NCBI GenBank assembly: GCA_947165595.1
Contig: CAMVAV010000001.1
Location: 69,107-133,106 of the forward strand
Direction: 5' to 3'
DNA from: an uncultured Clostridia bacterium
GTDB taxonomy: Bacteria; Bacillota; Clostridia; Oscillospirales; Oscillospiraceae
Length of the DNA: 64,000 bases
Below are positions 54,208 to 62,800 of this stretch, one piece after another. Below the pieces are notes generated by a model that searched no databases, had not been told where the DNA came from, and was given only the letters and a program-made list of their open reading frames with translations. A program made the position numbers and the translations under genes. Positions within the stretch are counted from its first letter, which is position 1; each line of letters begins with the position of its first letter.

Positions 54208-55362
54208 CTACGAAACTAACAAGTGCTTGGTGACCACTTTGGACGCTTCCTTCTTGAGAGCCATCTGCGGGTGGCAGTAGGTGCGCTCAAGAAAGGACGT
54301 GTCTCCGTGACCGGCGAGATCGGCGACCGTCTGTTTGTCCACGCCATGGTGGAGGAGCGTGCTGACAAAAAGGTGGCGCATGGTGTGCAGATGGAAGTCC
54401 TTTGGAAAGCCATTCTCATCAAGGAAGCGTCGCAGGTGCTTTGTGAAGGTGTCGGGGTGGATGAGCTCCCCATACTCGTTGGTAAACAGATAATCGCTCA
54501 TTTCAAATCCGCCTTCTTTGGCGTCTTCGTTTTTCCAATAACAGTAGGACATGAGGACGGAGGTGATGTCCTCGTCGAGAACGATCGTGCGGCTGCGTCC
54601 GTTCTTCGTCGTGCCCTCGACCACGCCGACGCCCGCGACGCTGCTGCGCGAGCGGCTGACGGTGAGGATGGATTCATAGCCGTCCATAATAATGTCCGAC
54701 CACTTGAGCGCGCAGAGCTCGCCGCGCCGACAGCCGGTATAGATGGCGAGAACGTAGTACATACGATAATGCCAGGGTTCATCAAGGAGAGCATTGACGA
54801 GCCTCGCGGCATCCTCCTCGGTCGGGATGAACTGCTCCCGCGCCTTCGTGTCGGGCAGGTCGATCATGCGCGCGGGGTTCTTCTGAATGATCTCGTTGCG
54901 CTTCGCGTCGGAGAGCACGGCGGAGACGGCGGTGAGGTACTTCTGCACGGTCGCCTCATGGACGGGCTTGCCGTGATGCGTCCGCTTCCGCAGCTCGATG
55001 AGCATATTCTCCAGCGCGATGGGACGCAGCTTTGAGAGCGGGATCGTGCCGATGTACTGGAACGTCACCTCCAGCATCCGCGCATACATGGCGAGCGTGC
55101 TGGGCGCGTACTTCGTCTGGCGCTCGAGCCAGCACCGGGCGAAGACCTCGAACGGTGTATCCGCGTCCTCGCCGAATCCGTTCTTGACGAGGCGTTCAAA
55201 CTCCTCCGCCTCGTGCGCGACGAACTGTTGAATGGAGCGCGGGTGAACGCTCTCGGGGACGTGGATGGTCTTGGCGCGGGAAATCTTTTTGCCGTTCGCG
55301 CGGTAACCGTTGCTGACGGTGATCTTGTATTTGCGGGGATCGATTTTCTTGATGCTTGCCAT
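54208..55362 (-). CDS. Tyrosine integrase (Tn916-Int-like), first in the operon
   Basis: TGCRRGE, TKN, HTMRH, AGHG, RTYCH; N-terminal arm-binding-like domain. Confidence 0.94.
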   Translation of the reverse strand: MASIKKIDPRKYKITVSNGYRANGKKISRAKTIHVPESVHPRSIQQFVAHEAEEFERLVKNGFGEDADTPFEVFARCWLERQTKYAPSTLAMYARMLEVTFQYIGTIPLSKLRPIALENMLIELRKRTHHGKPVHEATVQKYLTAVSAVLSDAKRNEIIQKNPARMIDLPDTKAREQFIPTEEDAARLVNALLDEPWHYRMYYVLAIYTGCRRGELCALKWSDIIMDGYESILTVSRSRSSVAGVGVVEGTTKNGRSRTIVLDEDITSVLMSYCYWKNEDAKEGGFEMSDYLFTNEYGELIHPDTFTKHLRRFLDENGFPKDFHLHTMRHLFVSTLLHHGVDKQTVADLAGHGDTSFLERTYCHPQMALKKEASKVVTKHLLVS

Positions 55363-55374
55363 TGTGCGGCCTCC

Positions 55375-56760
55375 TTACATCTGCTGCTGATACCTGTTGT
55401 TCTGCTCGTCCTCATGGTCGTCCTCCCTGTGGCCGAGGGCGACGCGCTTCTCCTGCAGCTCGCGCCAATGCTTGCTGTCGATGTGCTGCGGCCGCATCGT
55501 CGTCGCGTCGTAGACGGGCTGGGTATCGAGGGCCGCCTCCGCGTTTTTGCCGAGCCGCGTGAGCTCGCTCACGATATTGCTCGCTCGATCAGCGCCGCGA
55601 AGTAGACCGCCAGCCGCCACACCAGCCATGCCGCGCCGCCCAGCGGGAGCACGATCAGCCATTCCCACGACGGCGCCGGGAGACGATCCCGCAGCCATGC
55701 TCCGATTGCTCGCCATATATTCGAGGAACGCTTCGCGCTCTTTCTCCCAGCCGGTTTCTTCGCCGGAGGCCGCGTCGCTTCGAGCGCCCGCTCCAGCGAC
55801 GCCTGCATCGCCGCCAGCTCCTCCCTCGTCGGGAGAGCGGACAGCAGCTCGTTCGTCCTGCGCTGCTCCGCGAGCAGGCGCTCCATCGCATTGAGCCGCT
55901 CCCGCGCGTCCGGACACTCCACCGTGATCCGTGTCGGCGGCAGAGCGGATGTCGGCGTCCGGTTCCTGTCCTTCAGCTCGTCCATCGACAAGCGCTGCTC
56001 TGATCCTGAACTCATGCTCCATCCTCTCCTTGAGATATTTGTCGTCGTGCAGACGCCTGTCCCTGCACTTGACGCCGCTCGGCACGATGTAAGTGATGTT
56101 GGCGCGCTCGTCCGTCCACTTGACCTCGTAGCCCTCGTGCCTCATCCGCTCGATGAAGTCCTCCCGCGACCGGGCGACACGCATACAGTCGTCCACCGCG
56201 GTCATGAGCCGGAACTTCCAGCTCTCGCCTTTTACCGCCGCGCGATACTCCCGCGCCGACATCCCGTTCGACCGCTGCGAGCGCTTCTCCGGCGGCAGCG
56301 CGGACAGCCCGTGCGCCATGCACAGCTCGTCCGAGATCGCGCGCAGCTTCCGGAGCGTATCGGGGTGCTGGCGGAGCATCTTTCCCGTCCCGAAGCAGAC
56401 GGCGTTGACGACGAAGTGGGAGTGGATGTGCTCGGCGTCGACGTGCGTTGCGATGACCACCTCGCTCTCCGGCCACGCCCGCGCCGCGAACTCTTTCGCA
56501 ATCTCGTGCGCCTGCTCCGGCGTCACGTTTTCCTTCGGAGAGAACGACTGCGTGTAGTGATAGAACCAGCGCCCGCCGTCCTTGTGGTTGACCTCGCGCG
56601 TGGCGAGAAACTCCTGCTCGGCGAGCCGCGGCGTGCAGTTCTGCCCGCTGACGAAGCGCCCCTTCATGGTCTTGTCGTCGCGCTCGACGTAGCGGATCGT
56701 GCCGCCCATCGCGCCGCCGGACTGCTTGCTGTTTTTGATAAAATTGACCGTCGCCATCAC
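55375..56760 (-). CDS. Relaxase/mobilization nuclease (MOBP-type)
   Basis: N-terminal Tyr (IRYV), YHYTQSFSP.E, THVDAEHIHSH. Confidence 0.93.
   Translation of the reverse strand: MMATVNFIKNSKQSGGAMGGTIRYVERDDKTMKGRFVSGQNCTPRLAEQEFLATREVNHKDGGRWFYHYTQSFSPKENVTPEQAHEIAKEFAARAWPESEVVIATHVDAEHIHSHFVVNAVCFGTGKMLRQHPDTLRKLRAISDELCMAHGLSALPPEKRSQRSNGMSAREYRAAVKGESWKFRLMTAVDDCMRVARSREDFIERMRHEGYEVKWTDERANITYIVPSGVKCRDRRLHDDKYLKERMEHEFRIRAALVDGRAEGQEPDADIRSAADTDHGGVSGRAGAAQCDGAPARGAAQDERAAVRSPDEGGAGGDAGVAGAGARSDAASGEETGWEKEREAFLEYMASNRSMAAGSSPGAVVGMADRAPAGRRGMAGVAAGGLLRGADRASNIVSELTRLGKNAEAALDTQPVYDATTMRPQHIDSKHWRELQEKRVALGHREDDHEDEQNNRYQQQM
55569..56015 (-). CDS. Putative overprinted MobB-like gene inside the relaxase 3' region
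   Basis: 148-aa same-strand alternative frame: coiled-coil-like segment, basic patch, Trp-rich TM; purine-rich GAGAGGATGGAG before the ATG. Confidence 0.55.
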   Translation of the reverse strand: MSSGSEQRLSMDELKDRNRTPTSALPPTRITVECPDARERLNAMERLLAEQRRTNELLSALPTREELAAMQASLERALEATRPPAKKPAGRKSAKRSSNIWRAIGAWLRDRLPAPSWEWLIVLPLGGAAWLVWRLAVYFAALIERAIS

Positions 56761-57074
56761 TGCTCCTCCCGCTCGGCGAGCCTGCGGACCGCGACGAAGA
56801 GGAGGCCGAGCTTTTCGTATGCCTCGTCGAAGGACGCGATCCGCACCTTGCCCTCGTGGACGAGGACGGCGAGCTGGTTGATGTTGTTTCCGAGCATCTT
56901 GAGCTCGTGCGTCACTTCCTTGAGCCCAGGAACGACGGTGACCTTGTGGCGCATCGCCGCGGCGCGGACGAACGCGCTCGGCGTCATCTGCGCGGTCTCG
57001 GCGCGCTCGCGGATGCTCTCGTACTGCTCCCGCGTGAGCCGGATCGTGAGACGGATATCCTTGTTCTGCTTCAC
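56757..57074 (-). CDS. mobC: Mobilization accessory protein MobC (ribbon-helix-helix)
   Basis: IRLTIRLT, SAFVRAAA, ELKMLGNNINQL; RBS GGAGG; stop overlaps the relaxase start. Confidence 0.9.
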   Translation of the reverse strand: MKQNKDIRLTIRLTREQYESIRERAETAQMTPSAFVRAAAMRHKVTVVPGLKEVTHELKMLGNNINQLAVLVHEGKVRIASFDEAYEKLGLLFVAVRRLAEREEQ

Positions 57075-57099
57075 AGTTTTTTACCTCCTTCTGTTATTT

Positions 57100-57395
57100 C
57101 GCTTCCCTCGTCCTTCCGAGCGGAGCGCACTTTGCGACGAAGTGGGTGCGGGCTGCTGCCCGCAAAACCGCCGCGAGCGGCGCTGTGCCTGACCGACAAC
57201 GTCGGACAGGCGCTCTGCTTGCCTCTCTAAAGAGAGAGCTTTCGCGCCGCGCGCCTCTCCGTGCTGCGTCGGCGATTTGCCCCGCGGGGGACACGCTCCC
57301 GACCGTGTTCTTTGCGAGGCGACACGGCGGCAAAGAATCGCTCACACGGCGCGCTGTGGTCAGGGCAGAGGGAAGAGTGCAAGGGTGCAACCTCA
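57100..57395. other. Candidate oriT / replication origin region
   Basis: Non-coding gap upstream of mobC; inverted repeat CCTGACCGAC-AAC-GTCGGACAGG followed by TGCTTGCC; GTGCAA repeats at 57377-57390. Confidence 0.55.
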
Positions 57396-58379
57396 TTAGG
57401 AAGTTACCTCCTTACCCTCTTGCCGGGGCATCACCGAGAACCACTTACCGCCCCTGCGCTCCGACGCGACGCCGACGTTCCGCTTGGCGATCTTGAGCGT
57501 TCGCTCCGAGATGCCGAGCGACTCCGCGTAGGCGGCAAGCTCGTCCGAGGGGATGCCGTCGCCGTCCTCCAGCAGCTCACGGAGCGCGCTCTCCATCTGC
57601 GCCGTCTTACTCTCCGCACGAGCCATGCCGCACAGCACGTCGTCCACCGTCGCGTCGACGCAGCCGAGCCAGCGGAAGCCGTCCTCGCCAAGCGCGAACG
57701 ACATCGACCTGCCCTCCGGCGCGAGGCTGTTCTTGTCCTGCGCCATGACGCGGACACTCGGATTATCCTTCGTGCGGCCGACGAGCAAAACGCTGCGCGC
57801 CGCCGCGCGGAAGTCGATGGAGCCGAGGCCGCGGTAGCCCGCTTTCAAACCCTGCGCCTTGTTCATGTGCCCGACGAGGATCACCGCGCAGTTGTTCTGC
57901 TCCGCCATCGCCGAGACGCGCTTGAGGATCGGACGAATCTCGTTGGCGCGGTGCATGTCCACGTCGCTGCCGAGGTACGCCTGCATCGGATCGAGCACGA
58001 CAAGCCGCGCGCCGGTTTCGTGGACCGCTTTCTCCAGACGCTCGTCCAGCATGGAGAGCTCTTTCCTGCTCTCGTCGATGACGAACACGCGGGAGCAGTC
58101 CGCGCCCATCGCTTCGAGCCGGGGCTTGATCGTGTCGGCGAGACCGTCCTCCGCCGTCTGGTAGATGACGGTCATCGGCGGCGCCGCCTCCGCGCACTCC
58201 GGCAGGGGCTCACCGCGCGTGAGCGAGGCGATGACCGCGAGGACGAGCGTGGTCTTGCCCTCGCCGGGATCGCCCTGTACGATGGTCAGCTTGCCGAGCG
58301 GAACGTAGGGCGGCCACAGCCATTTCACCTCCTCCGTCTGCACCTCGCTCATCTGGATGAGCTTGAGTTCGTTTGCCAT
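57396..58379 (-). CDS. AAA_25 / RepA-like helicase-type ATPase
   Basis: WLWPPYVPLGK, GDPGEGKT, LVVLDP, GHMNK, GLGSIDF.AAARS, C-terminal HTH-like region. Confidence 0.88.
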   Translation of the reverse strand: MANELKLIQMSEVQTEEVKWLWPPYVPLGKLTIVQGDPGEGKTTLVLAVIASLTRGEPLPECAEAAPPMTVIYQTAEDGLADTIKPRLEAMGADCSRVFVIDESRKELSMLDERLEKAVHETGARLVVLDPMQAYLGSDVDMHRANEIRPILKRVSAMAEQNNCAVILVGHMNKAQGLKAGYRGLGSIDFRAAARSVLLVGRTKDNPSVRVMAQDKNSLAPEGRSMSFALGEDGFRWLGCVDATVDDVLCGMARAESKTAQMESALRELLEDGDGIPSDELAAYAESLGISERTLKIAKRNVGVASERRGGKWFSVMPRQEGKEVTS

Positions 58380-58453
58380 TTCATCTTATCCTCCGTTCGA
58401 TTTCTTATTTCTTTTCTGCATTATCTACTTCGTGTTGCAGTGTAGCACAGCTC

Positions 58454-58482
58454 TTGACATCTGGCAATAGATTATGTATGCT
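58454..58482 (+). promoter_or_regulatory. Promoter for the DUF6076-like gene
   Basis: TTGACA-17 bp-TATGCT. Confidence 0.65.
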
Positions 58483-58526
58483 ATCTCTAAATCGTCGAGT
58501 AGATTATCTACCGTGGAGGCTTGGCA

Positions 58527-59534
58527 ATGGGGACGCTGGGGAAAGACCTGTTTGACGTTGACCGCCCGCGCACGCACACGATGGTGCGCTTTGGCGAGCG
58601 GGAATACTGGATCGAGGGCCGCCGCAAGGGGATACCCTACGGCGAGATACTGACCGAGCTGCTGGACGCGGATATCGGTGCGTATCAAAAAAGCCTCGCG
58701 CGGCTGCGCGAGGCGATGGAGAGCGGGAACGAATATTCCGGCAGGCTGAAGACGGTCCGGGCGCGGCTGCGGGAGCTGCCATACTTCCGGTGCTTTCTGC
58801 ATACGGACAGGGGCTTCGATCCCGCGCCGACGGAGGAGTATTTTTTTCAGGCCGGGCGCGACCTCGCGTTCATCCAGGAACGCTACGCCTGGTTTCTGGA
58901 CGAGGTTTTTTACAACGCCGCGCCGGAGAAAAAGAGAGGGCAGAGGAAGCTGACGCCCGCCGAGCGCATCCGCAGCAGCGGCATGGAGGCGCTCGTGACC
59001 GGCGTGAGCCTCGGCGCGGACCGGGAGATCGACGCCTCGCCGGTCAGCGTACAGTACGCCATGCTGAACGCGGAGGACGACAGCCTGAGCGCGGAGCTGG
59101 TGGAGAAGATGTACTTCGACCGGCTGATTGATTTCGTCTACGTGGAACTGATGAAAGGTATCCAGAAGGGGTTTATCCCAAAGCGCTGCCCCAACTGCGG
59201 GCATTGGTTTTTGCAGCGACCCGGCATGACGTTCACCTACTGCGAGCGCGTCGCGCCGGGAGAGACGGAGAAGACCTGCCGCGACATCGGCGCGGCGCAG
59301 AGCTTTCAGAGCAAGCTCCGCGAGAACGAGGTGTGGAGGCTGTACAGCCGCGCGTATAAGAAATACTTTGCCCGCGTGCGCAAGGGCACGATGAGCAAGC
59401 CGGCGTTCGAGGCGTGGTCGCGCGAGGCGGAGCGCATACGCGACGAGGCGCTGCACGAGTATGAGCGCGCCCGGTCGCCAGAGGAGCGTGCGAGAGTCAC
59501 GGCGGCGGTTAGCGAGAAGCTGAATCGGGTATAA
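58527..59534 (+). CDS. DUF6076-like protein with Cys4 zinc finger
   Basis: KRCPNCGHWF..YC..TCRDIGA..YSRAYKKYFAR; RBS GGAGG. Confidence 0.8.
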   Translation: MGTLGKDLFDVDRPRTHTMVRFGEREYWIEGRRKGIPYGEILTELLDADIGAYQKSLARLREAMESGNEYSGRLKTVRARLRELPYFRCFLHTDRGFDPAPTEEYFFQAGRDLAFIQERYAWFLDEVFYNAAPEKKRGQRKLTPAERIRSSGMEALVTGVSLGADREIDASPVSVQYAMLNAEDDSLSAELVEKMYFDRLIDFVYVELMKGIQKGFIPKRCPNCGHWFLQRPGMTFTYCERVAPGETEKTCRDIGAAQSFQSKLRENEVWRLYSRAYKKYFARVRKGTMSKPAFEAWSREAERIRDEALHEYERARSPEERARVTAAVSEKLNRV

Positions 59535-59550
59535 GGCGGAGAAAAGAGAA

Positions 59551-59592
59551 TGGTGGAGCGGGACGCGCGAGTTCGTGCGTCCCGTTCCACCA
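59551..59592. terminator. 20-bp stem hairpin at the core/cargo boundary
   Basis: TGGTGGAGCGGGACGCGCGA-GT-TCGTGCGTCCCGTTCCACCA. Confidence 0.6.
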
Positions 59593-59829
59593 GAGTATTG
59601 TTTGGTTGCTATTGCGCGCTCTTTTCTCTGGCTTAACTTGGAATATCCCTGCTGAAGAACAGGTACACCGCATCATGATAAAAGCGGCCATAGACGATGG
59701 TGAGTTACTTATGGTATAATGATTCAGAAAACGTGACCTTGAAATTTGAGTAGTATCAGATAAACTGTGTAAAGACGGTTGCGCGATTTGTGACAATTAT
59801 GCTTTTCGGTTTTGACGGAGGGACTACAG

Positions 59830-62800
59830 ATGAGTCTTGAAATGGGCGGGCGAGCTGACAAGTATGGCAATCAATATGAGAATCGATATTTGGCACGTCT
59901 TTTACTGAGGCTTGTAAATGAGGAGATTAGCTCTGTTACCGTCGAGCCGCTTGGAGCGGATAGCGATAGCGTGGAGTTTATTTCGGAGCATGAAGGGATA
60001 AAAGAGTATTACCAGTGCAAGGCAAGTAATATTGACCATGATTCATGGACAATAGCGGATTTGAAGCGTTATAAGGTTTTTTCACGTGCAAAACAGATCG
60101 TCCTTGGAGGTGAGGGACAGGAGTATTTCTTTATTTCCCCACTTCAGTATCGACAACTGGATGAGCTTTGCAAGCGCGCGCGGACAAACGCCTCGGCGCG
60201 GGAGTTTGTGGATTATCAGCTAACATCAGCATCACTTAAAGAACGGTTCAATGCCTGTGCAAACGAGTTTGAGCTTAACACAGATAATCCGGGGGAATTA
60301 CAGCAACTCGTTTACTTGCTGGCACATTGTCATTTCGAGCAATGCTCGACGGGCATGGAAGCGGATCGGGAATTGGACGGACGTATCAGCAGTGCCTTTT
60401 CTGGAAAAGCGGAAACGGTGCGTTGCCTTTTGGAACAGTATGCCAATGAAAATGGAAAGTTCGGAATAAAGATAATCGCGCAGGATGTGGTGTCATACTT
60501 GACGGATAAAGGGCATTTCCTTCGTAACCGGAGCTATGACGAGCGCGTTCTGCCAAGGGTCAACACGATAAACCAGACCAAGTGGGGGGTATATCATCCC
60601 GTTTTTGACCGTTTGCTGCATCGCGGCGCAACAGATGAAGTAATTCGTATAGTCCAGGCGGGAGACTCCGCGATCATTCACGGAAAAGCAGGAAGCGGAA
60701 AGAGCGGATGCTTGCAAGAGCTTATTAATTATCTGAATGAGGAGCATATTCCCCACCTTGCGCTGAAACTGGATAAGTTCCCTCCAACCGAGTCGGCGGA
60801 TGAATATGGACGTCGATTGGGCCTGCTTGAATCGCCAGTTTACTGCCTGTCAAAGATGGCATCGGGGAAAAGTTGTGTGCTGATCATGGATCAGCTTGAC
60901 GCGTTGCGCTGGACAAGCAGTCATTCCGCTGACGCGCTCGCGGTATGCAAGGAAATGATTATGCAGGCGGAATCAATCAATCGCTTGTCCGAGGGAAAGA
61001 TTTCCGTCGTATTTGCCACCAGGACATTTGACCTTGAAAATGATCGGGGGCTGCGGGATCTATTTGACCAAGGCGAAGCAAAGCAAACTGATACGATGCG
61101 TTGGGAAAAAGTCTGTGTCAGCTTTTTCACACCTGAAGATGTGGTTCGCGTTATTGGAGAGGAATATAATTCTTTTCATCCTCGTTTGCGGAAAGTGCTG
61201 TTAGTGCCGTCCTCGCTTTATGTTTGGTCGATGCTGAAACACACAAGAGATCGGAGCAGTATTTCGACCACCTACGAGCTAATGCAAAAGTGGTGGGAGG
61301 AGATACTGAAACAATGTGAGGAAGCGGATGTTTCACACGAAAATGCGATTGCGTGCAGGGATGGCGTTGTGCGTTGTATGGAGCGGCAAGGCGTGCTTTG
61401 TGTGCCAGACGCGATTCTGTCCGACCATCGAAAAGCCGTGGATGTGTTTGTTTCCTGCGGGCTTTTGGCGCATAACGATGGAGGCGGCATTTCCTTTACG
61501 CACCAGAGCTTTTTGGACTATTTCATATCCTCGGACTTTGAGAAAAGAATATACGATGGAGAGGAGCTCACACAGTTAGTCGGGAATCCAGATGATCAAA
61601 CGCCAATCATCCGCTATCGTCTTTTGACGGCCTTGCAAAACTTGATGGAATCCGACCAGCCGATGTTTGTCAAGCAGAGCAAAAAATTGCTGGAAAGTGA
61701 TAGCGTACGTTATTATTTCAAATGTGCCGTGTTTGAAGTCGCGGGTCAGTGCGGTGATCCGTGCCCGGAGCTCATCGGCCTTGTGAAGAAGTATAGGTGC
61801 TTGCCTGATTGGCGGAATCATGTTAATCGAAGCGTTTTCATTGGTCATCCTCAATATGTGACGCAACTGTTGTCAGACCTGAAAGAATGGGTTACTGACG
61901 AGGAATTGTCGCTGCTGAAATCAGTAAGCGACAAAGTGCCGGACTTTGTGACGGACAAGCTGCGCCCGTTTGCATTACAAGACCCGGAGCGGGATCAAAA
62001 AATACAATGGGCGCTATGTTTTGATGCGAGCGCTGATTCGGAGAATATGTTTTCGCTCCGATGTGAACTCCTAAGAAACCAACCAAGTCTCTTTGACAGC
62101 TTTTGGGGATTTTCGGAGCTGATAAAGAAAAAATCGCTCCGGACAATCGACCTGCTCGGTATTCAACTGGATTGCTGGCGCAAATATCAAAGCGCGCATC
62201 TGCACATAGGGGAAAACGAGGCGATTACCGAGTACATTGAGTTATTCCGTCGGGATATTATTCACATTCTGTTTCCTCGGATATGTGATTTAACAAAAGA
62301 CTACTCTCCTCAATGGCCGTGCTACGGATTTGAACAGGAATATAGCACATGGAGGCCGGAGCACTTCGGAAGCGATTCCGCGATTCGAAAAATCATCAGA
62401 TTTGTCAAGATGGCATTTGAAGTATATGCAAGGGAAGAGCCTGCTGAACTGCTTGAGCTTGTTGCGAATCTCCCGGATGCTGTCTCTGCTGTGGGGCATG
62501 AACTGATAGTGCATGGCATATGTTGTCTCCCCACTGAATACAGCGATACAGCCATACAGTGGCTTTTGGATGACTTCGATAACAGAGTGTTTGTTTTTAC
62601 AAACGAAAATGATTATCTGCACGATACCAAGCAACTGCTGGAAAGATTCACCCCTTACTGCGAAAGTGTGCTCTTTTCACGTCTGGAGCGTACCATTTGC
62701 GTATGGAAAGAATCCGCGACAGAAATGACAAGAAAGTATAAATCAAGACAGGAAGTGAATCACGAATATGGCTATCCACCTGTCTATTACGCCTACTGGG

